NCBI GenBank assembly: GCA_035528115.1
Contig: DATKZF010000003.1
Coordinates: 359,089 to 423,088, forward strand
From: Candidatus Bipolaricaulota bacterium
Lineage (GTDB): Bacteria; Patescibacteriota; Patescibacteriia; UBA11705; DATKZF01
Length of the DNA: 64,000 nt
Direction of reading: 5' to 3'
Shown here: positions 45,263-54,343 of the stretch, piece by piece
How the letters are laid out: each line of letters opens with the position of its first letter
How positions within the stretch are numbered: position 1 is the stretch's first letter
Position numbers and translations under genes: made by a program
The notes under the pieces: generated by a model
Database searches by the model: none
Told to the model about the DNA's origin: nothing
Seen by the model: the letters and a program-made list of their open reading frames with translations, nothing else

Positions 45263-46459
45263 CTAGTGTATACTTATGTCTATTTTTTGGTTCGACTCGG
45301 TGATTGATATGCTTGAAAATAGGAATATGTCCGGATTATTAATTACAATCTGGCTTTCTGGGTTTTTTGAGGTGTCGGCGAAAGACAAGTCCGAGGAATG
45401 CTCGGCAATGAGCTCCCTATTGTTTGACAGTAGAAATCCGGTATTTACTTCCCGTATATAGAATCTTTCAAAATCATTGCCCGCATTGAGCATCCCCATC
45501 TCATCGCTTCTTTGCCAGAGATCGTCGTTTGACGCCAGCATATGCTTGGCAATGGTATTGTCAGGCAGAATTCTCTCAACGATTTTTGGGTATTTTTCAG
45601 ATAAATAAGAAGAAATATTGTCTTGTAATAGCTTTTGTACGTCATTTTTTGCTATAATTAGCCAATTATCGTTTTTGTCCACGGCTAAATCAATACAATT
45701 GTTGAGATTATTTAAAAATATGAGGTTTTTTAAGGCAAAGTTTTGCGTGGATAAATTGTTAATATAATATTTCATCTCCTTTGAATCGCTTAAAACTAGA
45801 TTATTGTCGCAATTTTCCAAAGACTCTGAATCTTTTGCGGTCATTTTAAGCTCATCAGCTTCCGGTTGAGCTTTCCCGAAAAAATTAACGGGTAGGTTTT
45901 CTTCGGTCAGTTCGGCGGGTAAGAAGTCCAGATTCTTAAAAGATGGAATAAAAACGTTAATTAAGGATGTGTCCGTATATTTTGCGTGTCTATAAAAGTC
46001 GGAAGCGGCCAAGGATTCTTCTTCATCAATCAATTCACTTATACCGGCCTGATTTTGGAGACTTTCAAAAACAATATTCTTATAAACGTATTGCGCGTTA
46101 AAAACATCGGCGCTTTGTTTTTTTGGAACAAAGGCGAATATCCATTGCCCATCGAGATTAAAAATGGCAAATTCCTTTGAATTGGTTATTTTTTCGGTTA
46201 CATCATCAAAGCCCAAGCCGGAGACCAGCGCGAGGCCTTTTTTTATAACATCATTGTCCATATCCAGTTTTTGCGAGCGCCAATGAGAATAAAAGGAAAT
46301 TTGTTCGGAAATCACATTGTCGATTTGATCTCGATGATAATAATGAAAAAAGGACCCCAGAAAAAGAAAAATTCCTCCGAGCAGGGCGATTAAAACCGCT
46401 GCCGGAGGAATTTTTCCGGGTTTATTTGATTTTTTATTTATGAGATCTAGGCTGGGCAT
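45263..46459 (-). CDS. hypothetical membrane-anchored protein
   Basis: N-terminal TM helix. 398 aa. No family recognised. Confidence 0.4.
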   Translation of the reverse strand: MPSLDLINKKSNKPGKIPPAAVLIALLGGIFLFLGSFFHYYHRDQIDNVISEQISFYSHWRSQKLDMDNDVIKKGLALVSGLGFDDVTEKITNSKEFAIFNLDGQWIFAFVPKKQSADVFNAQYVYKNIVFESLQNQAGISELIDEEESLAASDFYRHAKYTDTSLINVFIPSFKNLDFLPAELTEENLPVNFFGKAQPEADELKMTAKDSESLENCDNNLVLSDSKEMKYYINNLSTQNFALKNLIFLNNLNNCIDLAVDKNDNWLIIAKNDVQKLLQDNISSYLSEKYPKIVERILPDNTIAKHMLASNDDLWQRSDEMGMLNAGNDFERFYIREVNTGFLLSNNRELIAEHSSDLSFADTSKNPESQIVINNPDIFLFSSISITESNQKIDISIH

Positions 46460-48659
46460 GCTCTTGGTTGTCTTCTTTTGGAAGTAATGCTTTTATTGAT
46501 AAATTAACTCGGCCTTGTTCGTCAATGCTGACCACTTTAACTTTGACGACTTGGCCGACTTTCAGTTTGTCAGTCACCTTATTAACTCGGTAAGGCGCTA
46601 TTTCCGAGATATGAACCAGCCCTTCTTGGTTGGCGAAAATTTCCACCATAGCTCCAAATTCAAATAATCTTGAGACTTTACCTTCGTAAATATCTCCGAT
46701 TTTGGCTTCTTTGGTCAAATCTTCAATCCATTTTTGGGCGCGATCCATTCCTTCCGCCGATTCCGAAGTGATAAAGACCATACCGTCCTGTTCGATATCG
46801 ATGCTAACGCCCGTCGCGTCAATGATTTCATTGATGATTTTGCCGCCGGGTCCGATGACATCCCTGATTTTATCCGGATTGATTTGCATGGTCAATATTC
46901 TGGGCGCGTAAGAGGAGAGTTCTTGTCGTGGTTCCTTGATCGTTTCCTCGATTACATCCAAAATTTTATGACGGGCATCCTTTGACTTCGATAAAGTTTC
47001 TTTGACTATATCGAGCGTTAGTCCGTGTGTTTTCGTGTCCATTTGAATGCAGGTAATGCCGTCTCTCGTGCCGGCGATCTTGAAATCCATGCCGCCATCG
47101 CCGTCTTCGAGGTCTTGCAAATCGGTTATTACCTTGAAGCGGCCTTGATCGTCGGAAGCCAGCCCCATGGCAATACCGGCAACCGGTTTTTCAAGAGGAA
47201 CTCCCGCGTCCATCAGTGCTAATGTTGAACCGCAGGTAGCGGCCATGGAGCTTGAGCCGTTGGAACTGAGCACTTCCGAGACCACGCGAATCGTATAAGG
47301 GAATTTTTCTTTTTCCGGCAATAAATTTTTTATGGCCCGCTCGGCGATTGATCCGTGTCCGATGTCTCTTCGTCCCGGTCCTCTCATCGGCCCGGCTTCT
47401 CCCACGGAAAATGGAGGGAAGTTATAATGATGCATGAAATTTTTCTTGCCGCTTTCCTCCATGCCCTCGAACGTTTGTTCATCTCCGGGAGCGCCCAGAG
47501 TCACGATGGACAGCACTTGCGTTTCGCCGCGAGTAAAAAGGCCGCTGCCGTGAGTTCTTTTCAAGAGACCTACCTCGCCGTCGAGATGTCTGATGTCGTC
47601 AGCGCCGCGACCGTCCACCCTGATGTTTTTTTCCAGAATGGCTCTTGAGATTTCTTCTTCGATAAAAGAAAAGAACGTATTTTTAATGAGTTTATTTCTT
47701 TTTTCCTTGCCAACTTGTTTTTCGATCAAATGAGCCTCCAAGACGTCTTGAAGTTTGCCCATCATTTCTTTTCTTTCGCGTTTACTGCCTTTGGGGATAT
47801 TGAAAACATAGGAATCGAGCTGAGAGCGCAAGAATTCTTTCGACTCTTCGACCAATTGTTGAAAACTTTCTTCAGAAAGTTTTTCGTCTTCGGTCAGTTC
47901 ATCCTCTTCGCTCATGATAGTCAATGATTGTTTTTCTTTGCCCACAGCATCTCTGATTTCATCGATAAAAGAAATTAATTTTTTGGTATGCTTAACCGCG
48001 AATTCAAAAGCTTGATAAACCATGTCCTCACCGGCTTCCCTTGATTCGGCGTCGACCATGATGACTTTATCCATGGTGGTGCCCACGACCAAGTCGAGAA
48101 TCGATTTTCCTCGCGCTTCATGAGAGCCGTTGATCAGCCATTCGCCATCAATTTGGCCGATGCGAATGCCGGCCACGGGGCCCGCCCAAGGAATGTCCGA
48201 GATATGAACGGCGATCGACGCGGCGATCAGTGAAACGACATCCGGGTCGTTTTCTCCGTCCGTGGACAGCACGGTGATGATTATTTGCACGTCGTTTTTA
48301 ATCGTTTTGTCGAAAAGCGGTCTGAGCGCGCGATCAATCATGCGGCCATTTAAAACCGCTTCGTCCGACGGACGTCCTTCTCGTTTGATATATCTTGATC
48401 CTTTGATTTTTCCGGCCGCGTAAAATTTTTCTTCGTAATCGACCATCAGCGGGAAATAATCAATGCCATCTCTGGGTTCCTTGCCCATGGTGGCCGTGGC
48501 CAAGACCACGGTATCTCCGTACTGAACGGTGCAGCTGGCATTCGCTTGAAGCGCCAGTTTGCCGACTTCGACAATCAATTGTTTGCCGCCGAATTCGGTT
48601 TCAAAGCGGTGGACGCCATCGTCCTTGCCGTCTTCATTTTTCTTGTTGAAAAACAACAT
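46434..48659 (-). CDS. pnp: polyribonucleotide nucleotidyltransferase (PNPase)
   Basis: Two RNase PH domains, KH and S1. Start trimmed to MLFFNKKNEDG (ATG at 48657-48659). Confidence 0.9.
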   Translation of the reverse strand: MLFFNKKNEDGKDDGVHRFETEFGGKQLIVEVGKLALQANASCTVQYGDTVVLATATMGKEPRDGIDYFPLMVDYEEKFYAAGKIKGSRYIKREGRPSDEAVLNGRMIDRALRPLFDKTIKNDVQIIITVLSTDGENDPDVVSLIAASIAVHISDIPWAGPVAGIRIGQIDGEWLINGSHEARGKSILDLVVGTTMDKVIMVDAESREAGEDMVYQAFEFAVKHTKKLISFIDEIRDAVGKEKQSLTIMSEEDELTEDEKLSEESFQQLVEESKEFLRSQLDSYVFNIPKGSKRERKEMMGKLQDVLEAHLIEKQVGKEKRNKLIKNTFFSFIEEEISRAILEKNIRVDGRGADDIRHLDGEVGLLKRTHGSGLFTRGETQVLSIVTLGAPGDEQTFEGMEESGKKNFMHHYNFPPFSVGEAGPMRGPGRRDIGHGSIAERAIKNLLPEKEKFPYTIRVVSEVLSSNGSSSMAATCGSTLALMDAGVPLEKPVAGIAMGLASDDQGRFKVITDLQDLEDGDGGMDFKIAGTRDGITCIQMDTKTHGLTLDIVKETLSKSKDARHKILDVIEETIKEPRQELSSYAPRILTMQINPDKIRDVIGPGGKIINEIIDATGVSIDIEQDGMVFITSESAEGMDRAQKWIEDLTKEAKIGDIYEGKVSRLFEFGAMVEIFANQEGLVHISEIAPYRVNKVTDKLKVGQVVKVKVVSIDEQGRVNLSIKALLPKEDNQEHAQPRSHK

Positions 48660-48764
48660 AATAATGAGTTCTGGTCGCCAGACTTTAGATTTCAAGAATC
48701 AATGATTTTTGATCATCGACCCTTGTGAAAATCTACTTGTCTTGCGACCAGAAACGATTAATTC

Positions 48765-49283
48765 TTATTTTCTTAATAAATATCTGGGTTTGTTCTTGCT
48801 CAAATCCGTGAAATCATCGGAGACCTCCACCAGTTTGTTGGAGGTTGTTTCTCCGAAAGCGATTATTTCCACCAGACAGCCTTTGTTTTCCTGTAAATAA
48901 GTCACCAGCGGCCGGAAATCCCCGTCACCTGTCACCAGCACTACCACATCCAGTTTATCAGCCAGTTTAATGGTATCCACGGCAATGCCCACGTCCCAAT
49001 CCCCTTTTTTCATTCCGCCCGGGAAGACCTGCAGATCTTTCATGGTTACTTCAAACCCTTGTTTTGACAAGGCATCGAAAAAAGCTTGTTCTTCTTTGGT
49101 TTGAGCTTTGATGACATAAGCGAGAGAGCGGATTAATTTTCTGCCCGCGATCGCGGATCTTAGAATTTCCTCGAAATTCACTTTTTTGCCGTATAAATTT
49201 TTCGCCGAATAATACATGTTTTGAACATCGACGAAAACGCCGATTCTTTGATCTTTGTGTTTGATCATACAAAAGAAAAGCAA
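48765..49283 (-). CDS. NYN/LabA-like PIN-fold domain protein
   Basis: IGVFVDVQNMYYSAKNLYG ... VVLVTGDGDFRPLV. Confidence 0.65.
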   Translation of the reverse strand: MLFFCMIKHKDQRIGVFVDVQNMYYSAKNLYGKKVNFEEILRSAIAGRKLIRSLAYVIKAQTKEEQAFFDALSKQGFEVTMKDLQVFPGGMKKGDWDVGIAVDTIKLADKLDVVVLVTGDGDFRPLVTYLQENKGCLVEIIAFGETTSNKLVEVSDDFTDLSKNKPRYLLRK

Positions 49284-49304
49284 CCAAAGGTTGCTTGGAT
49301 TATT

Positions 49305-49640
49305 TTATTTTTCTTCAGCCTTCATGGCCGCAGCCTCGGCTTCAATATCCTCATCCGATTGAGTGATTCGTTTTGATATTTTGATGTTTAATTCCCTGGT
49401 CAATTTATTGAAACTGGTCGGATTGTCGCTTTCCAAATATCTCAGCAACCGTCTTCTTTCTCCCAGTTTTTTCAATAAACCGCGTCTGGATGAATGATCG
49501 TGTTTATGCGCTCGAAGATGTTTGGTCAATTCCACGATTTCCTCCGTTAAAATGGCTATTTGCACCTCGGACGAGCCGGTGTCTTTCTCATGGGTTTTGT
49601 ACTTGTTGATGATTCGTTGTTTTTTTTGCGCAGTTAACAT
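49305..49640 (-). CDS. rpsO: 30S ribosomal protein S15 with C-terminal extension
   Basis: N-terminal S15 pattern (QKKQRIINKYKTHEKDTGSSEVQIAILTEEIVELTKHLRAHKHDHSSRRGLLKKLGERRRLLRYL). Conserved pnp-adjacent position. Confidence 0.75.
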   Translation of the reverse strand: MLTAQKKQRIINKYKTHEKDTGSSEVQIAILTEEIVELTKHLRAHKHDHSSRRGLLKKLGERRRLLRYLESDNPTSFNKLTRELNIKISKRITQSDEDIEAEAAAMKAEEK

Positions 49641-49916
49641 ACTTTTGCCAATACCGGAGACGGGACGCTACCTTGGTTGACTGCCCTCATCCCCCGTACC
49701 GCGTTAATAATAATAAAAACTTCTTTAAATAACTCTAACACATATCGGCAAACCGCGCAAGAAGGGGAAAGGGAGCGAAATCTCATTGCATAAATTGATT
49801 TGGTGTCGTAAAATACTATTACGAGATTACAGATTTGAATACAGATGATACGAGATAGGAGTGAGAGAGTTAATCTGTATAATCTTGTATGTTTATCGGT
49901 AATCTCGTATATTCAT

Positions 49917-50873
49917 ATGTCAAATAAAACGGAAATAGAAAAACTTATCCAAGAGTTTTTGGAAGATCTCGAAGTCACTTATAATCGTTCGCTTAGAACC
50001 GTGAATAATTATCATTTTTATTTATCTCGCTTTGCGGGGTATTTGTCCGGAAAAAACATAAAAGTTCCCGGCGGCATTACCCTGGATGATGTCAGGCAAT
50101 ATCGACTGTGGCTTAATCGTCTTCAAAGCAACAAAAAAGAGTTTTTGAAATCGAATACGCAAAATTATCATTTGATCGCGGTGCGCGCCTGGTTGAAGTA
50201 TTTGGCAAAAAGAGACATCAAGGCCTTGGCCGCTGAAAAAATAGATTTGGCCAGAGTGCCGGAGCGTTCCGTGGAATTCCTGGACGGCTCGGATTTGGAA
50301 AGATTGCTGGAAGCACCTTTGACTTCCAAAAACCCGGGGATTATTAAAAAACGCGACAAAGCCATTTTGGAAACATTTTTCAGCACGGGCTTGCGCGTGT
50401 CCGAATTGGCCAATTTGAAAATAGATTCCATTAATTTGAAAAAAGACGAATTCACGGTTCGCGGCAAAGGCGACAAGCCGCGCATAGTTTTTTTATCGAA
50501 TCAATCTCGCCACTGGCTGTCGGAATATTTGAAAATGAGAAAGGATTCCAATCCTTTTCTTTTTATTTCACATGATCGAGCGGCCAAGGGACGAAAAACC
50601 GTGAACGACGCCGGTTTGACGCCGAGAAGCATCCAGCGATTGGTGGAGCGTTATTCGAAAGCCGCGGGGTTGACCAAAAAAGTCACTCCGCATACCATGC
50701 GGCACAGCTATGCCACGGATTTATTGATGAATGGGGCCGATATTAGAAGCGTTCAATCCATGCTGGGGCATTCTTCCATCACCACTACGCAGATTTACAC
50801 GCACATTACCAATCAGCAGTTGCATGACGTGCATAAGGCGTTTCATGGCAGGAGTCGTCGGAAGAAGTCATGA
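49917..50873 (+). CDS. xerC: tyrosine recombinase XerC/XerD family
   Basis: C-terminal HTMRHSYATDLLMNGADIRSVQSMLGHSSITTTQIYTH containing the catalytic R-H-R-Y residues. Start trimmed to the ATG at 49917. Confidence 0.85.
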   Translation: MSNKTEIEKLIQEFLEDLEVTYNRSLRTVNNYHFYLSRFAGYLSGKNIKVPGGITLDDVRQYRLWLNRLQSNKKEFLKSNTQNYHLIAVRAWLKYLAKRDIKALAAEKIDLARVPERSVEFLDGSDLERLLEAPLTSKNPGIIKKRDKAILETFFSTGLRVSELANLKIDSINLKKDEFTVRGKGDKPRIVFLSNQSRHWLSEYLKMRKDSNPFLFISHDRAAKGRKTVNDAGLTPRSIQRLVERYSKAAGLTKKVTPHTMRHSYATDLLMNGADIRSVQSMLGHSSITTTQIYTHITNQQLHDVHKAFHGRSRRKKS

Positions 50874-50952
50874 ATCACGTATCATGTAACACACAACACA
50901 TAACATGAAACATGAATCATGGAGCACGTATCACATATCACGTATCATGAAG

Positions 50953-51017
50953 CATGCCTGCTCCTCGAGTCTTAGCGACGAGATAGCATGCTCCGAGTCG
51001 AAGACCGGCAGGCAGGC
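50953..51017. repeat. tRNA-family GC-rich repeat T4 (inverted orientation, no tRNA adjacent)
   Basis: Reverse complement CCGGTCTTCGACTCGGAGCATGCTATCTCGTCGCTAAGACTCGAGGAGCAGGCATGC aligns with T1. Confidence 0.65.
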
Positions 51018-51062
51018 GTAACAAATAACCTGAAAGCTTCATAAAATCTTGTAATTCGTAAC
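51018..51062. repeat. L-family half element L4 (GTAACAAATAACCTGAAAGC...TCTTGTAATTCGTAACAG)
   Basis: Matches the right arm of L3. Directly abuts T4. Confidence 0.6.
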
Positions 51063-51152
51063 AGTGTAACAATGAGGCAATTTTCTTCTCCAATCCCAGT
51101 TTCAATTTACCCATTACTTTTTTCTAGTTACTGATCACTTATTATTCCAAAT

Positions 51153-52310
51153 ATGAAAATACTATACTTAATAACTCAATCAACTTGGGGCGGCGCGCAA
51201 CGTTATGTTTATGATTTGGCTGTCGGTATGAATAAAGAATTTGAGGTGGCTGTCGCCTGCGGCGGTGATGGCGGGCTGATCAAAGAACTGGCAAGAAAAA
51301 AAATAAAAGTGATTCCGTTGAAATATCTGAAAAGAGATATTTTATTTTTGTCAGACATCAGATCCTATTTTGAAATAAAAAAATTGATTAAAGAGGAACG
51401 GCCGGATATTTTGCACGTCAACAGCAGCAAGGCCGGGTTTTTGGGAGGTTTGGCCGCTCGATCTTTCCCCAAAACAAAAGTGGTTTACACTGTGCACGGC
51501 TCGGTTTTTACCGCGGCATTCAATATTTTTTATCGTTGGTTATTTAAAATAATCGAGAAAACGACTTCAAAACACAAGGATTCCATTATTTTGGTCTCCA
51601 ACCATGACCGTTCGCTGTGGCTCGAAAACAAAATTTGCGAATCCGAAAAATTATTTGTGATACATAATGGCATTGACGTCGCGCTTGAAGAATTATTTTT
51701 GCCCAAAGAGCGGGCGCTGGCCGCGCTGTTGCCGGCTGAAAAGGAGATTAATCTTAAAATTATAGGTTGCATTGCCAATTTTTATGCTGAAAAAAACCTG
51801 CTCTCGTTTTTATCGGTTTTCAAGGAGGTTTCAAAAGAGGTTTCGAAATGTCGGTTGATTTTAATAGGCGACGGTCCGCTTCGTCGGGAAATAAAAAAAT
51901 ACGTTCGCGAGAATGATTTATCTGAAAAAGTAATTTTACCCGGATTTATAAAAAACGCTTGGCTGTATTTAAAGGCTTTTGATTTGTTTGTCTTGCCGTC
52001 AAAAAAAGAAGGCTTCCCATACACGATTTTGGAAGCCTTGTTGGCAAAGGTGCCGGTGGTGGCCAGCAGGGTCGGAGGAATCCCTGAAATCATCGGCGAC
52101 GAAAGCACCGGCCTGCTTTTTGACAGCGCCGACTCGCGGCAGTTGGCGGAAAAGATGCTAATATTATTGAAAGACGAAGTTTTTGTCGCGCAGTTGGTGG
52201 GAAATGGCATTAAGAAGGTCAAAGAATCATTTAACCTCACTGGCTTTTTGGATCAAACGAAAAAGATTTATCTGTCTTCATTGTTAGCGGCGTCCGATGA
52301 GGAGAAGTAG
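51153..52310 (+). CDS. glycosyltransferase family 4
   Basis: EGFPYTILEALLAKVPVVASRVGGIPEII. Confidence 0.75.
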   Translation: MKILYLITQSTWGGAQRYVYDLAVGMNKEFEVAVACGGDGGLIKELARKKIKVIPLKYLKRDILFLSDIRSYFEIKKLIKEERPDILHVNSSKAGFLGGLAARSFPKTKVVYTVHGSVFTAAFNIFYRWLFKIIEKTTSKHKDSIILVSNHDRSLWLENKICESEKLFVIHNGIDVALEELFLPKERALAALLPAEKEINLKIIGCIANFYAEKNLLSFLSVFKEVSKEVSKCRLILIGDGPLRREIKKYVRENDLSEKVILPGFIKNAWLYLKAFDLFVLPSKKEGFPYTILEALLAKVPVVASRVGGIPEIIGDESTGLLFDSADSRQLAEKMLILLKDEVFVAQLVGNGIKKVKESFNLTGFLDQTKKIYLSSLLAASDEEK

Positions 52311-54343
52311 TCGTTCGCCTCGCTTGTCGCGTCTCCGACGGGCTTAACGATATATCGGGGCAATAAGCCCTTTTCCATGGCCAATCGATAATATTCATCA
52401 GCTTCTTGTGGCATGCCCAGACGATCATAGACCAAAGACAATTTATAATATGGCAAAGCGACATTGGGATCTATTTCCGTCGCTTTTTTCATTATTTTAA
52501 TTATTTGATCCTTGTAGGTTTCATCTTGTCCGGATTTTAATCTGCCGAGAACGTTTTCCGCCCATGCCCAGTACAGTTCATGGCGCGTCGGCGCGAGTTC
52601 TATCGCCTTGCCGAAATAAAAATCCGCTTTGCCGAATTCTCCGAAGAGATTATGAATACTGCCCAAACTGATGTAACTGAGATAATTGTCGGGATGTTTT
52701 TTCAAGTCATCATGCAACAAAGTGTAAGCCGAATTCAACGAATTTTGAGCCACTTCCAGATTTTCTTTCGCGAAACGAATGGTATTTCTAATATCCGCGG
52801 CCACCAAACTGGAGGTGAATTGCGCTGACGGCCAGAGTCGATGCGCCTCCTCTCTGTAAAAAAGACCGTTTTCCGTTTTTTGCGCCCGAGTAAAGGCCAT
52901 ATTCGCTCTGATTCTCGGAATGAGAACCAGTATCAAAACCAAAAGAAAAATAATCAGCGGCGCGCCGGCCAAAAGCAATTTTTTTGAAGTCGACAATTTT
53001 TTTTCTTCCACCTCGCTCAAGGAATTTTTGACGAGAGCCGCGGACACCACTTGGCTGAAGATGAAGAAAATAAGGATATAAGTCGAAATAACCGGGTACA
53101 TGAAAAAATATTGAGCGATAAAACCGATGACCGTATACATGCCGATGGCGCCCAGCCATGCTTTTTCTTTGCTTTCGCTTGAAAACAGTTTACACGATAA
53201 ATAGAAAATATAAGACAAAAACGCGACCAAGAAAAGCAGGGCGAAAATGCCGTTCGCGACCAAAATATCCAAAAACACATTGTGAGCTCGATCTATCTTC
53301 GTTTCAGGCAAATCCGTCAGTTTCGGAGGATAATTCCGATCAAAAGCCAGTGACAAGTTATCGTCTCCCCAGCCTGTCAGCGGTCGGGCCAAAAACGCGT
53401 CCCAGGAGCCTTGCCAAAAGTACAGCCGTTGTTTGTTGGACAAATCCTCGGTATTGAAAACGCTTAAGGCTCTTTTGACATAAGGGTTGCCTGTCGCGTC
53501 CGGATGATAAATCGCCAAATATACGAATGATCCGACAAGCACAATGGCTGACAGCAAAAAAATCGTCAGCTTTTTTTTATTGCGGCTGATTTTTATAAAA
53601 TAAAGCAAACCGATTGCCAGACAAGAAATGAACATGGCCGCCCAGGAGCTTCGCGAATTGGTGAAAAGCAAAGTGAACAGTTGCAAAACCAAGGTGGCCA
53701 GTGAAAACATTTTAAGCAAGATGTTTTTGAATTTGAAAACGCCCCACAGACTCAGCGGAATGGTAAACATCATTAAGGCGCTGAGGTGAATGGTGTTGCC
53801 CAAGGTGCCGATGGGCCGCAAATTGACCGAGGCGCTCCAGCTCGAGCCGATTTTGCCGGCATATTGCAACAGTCCGACGACGCATTGAATAAAAGTTGCG
53901 GCAATTATCGTGAATAAATAGATGTTGCGTTTATTGCTTTTAATGGCGTTGAAACATAGTATAAAAAAATACAAAATATAGAAAAGCCAAGTGAAAACGC
54001 CTTCCAATTTGGAATAGTTGCCCCAGAAGCTGGTAAAGGGGTTGGCGCTGAAAATACAAGCGATTATTTTGACCAACAAAAATCCGCCGAGCAAAATAAG
54101 CGGCCATTTGTAATTTTTCCAAAGGAGATATTTCTTTTCCGCGAAAACAATCGCCGCGGCAATCAGCACCAAACAAACCAAGGCGATGAAAGTCGTGGTT
54201 TTCAGCAATCTGAAGCTGTTATAGAGTTTCGAGCTGTAAATCAGCGGCACGATTATTAAAATGCCGATTAGTAAACTGTCCAAAATGATTTGCCAAGGAT
54301 TGGGGCTTTTAATTTTGCTCATATTGCATGTCAGGGCTCGCAC
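52268..54343 (-). CDS. O-antigen ligase/Wzy-like membrane protein fused to C-terminal TPR repeats
   Basis: Polytopic N-terminal Wzy_C-like region. C-terminal TPR-like repeats (…YKLSLVYDRLGMPQEADEYYRLAMEKG). Confidence 0.55.
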   Translation of the reverse strand: MRALTCNMSKIKSPNPWQIILDSLLIGILIIVPLIYSSKLYNSFRLLKTTTFIALVCLVLIAAAIVFAEKKYLLWKNYKWPLILLGGFLLVKIIACIFSANPFTSFWGNYSKLEGVFTWLFYILYFFILCFNAIKSNKRNIYLFTIIAATFIQCVVGLLQYAGKIGSSWSASVNLRPIGTLGNTIHLSALMMFTIPLSLWGVFKFKNILLKMFSLATLVLQLFTLLFTNSRSSWAAMFISCLAIGLLYFIKISRNKKKLTIFLLSAIVLVGSFVYLAIYHPDATGNPYVKRALSVFNTEDLSNKQRLYFWQGSWDAFLARPLTGWGDDNLSLAFDRNYPPKLTDLPETKIDRAHNVFLDILVANGIFALLFLVAFLSYIFYLSCKLFSSESKEKAWLGAIGMYTVIGFIAQYFFMYPVISTYILIFFIFSQVVSAALVKNSLSEVEEKKLSTSKKLLLAGAPLIIFLLVLILVLIPRIRANMAFTRAQKTENGLFYREEAHRLWPSAQFTSSLVAADIRNTIRFAKENLEVAQNSLNSAYTLLHDDLKKHPDNYLSYISLGSIHNLFGEFGKADFYFGKAIELAPTRHELYWAWAENVLGRLKSGQDETYKDQIIKIMKKATEIDPNVALPYYKLSLVYDRLGMPQEADEYYRLAMEKGLLPRYIVKPVGDATSEANDYFSSSDAANNEDR

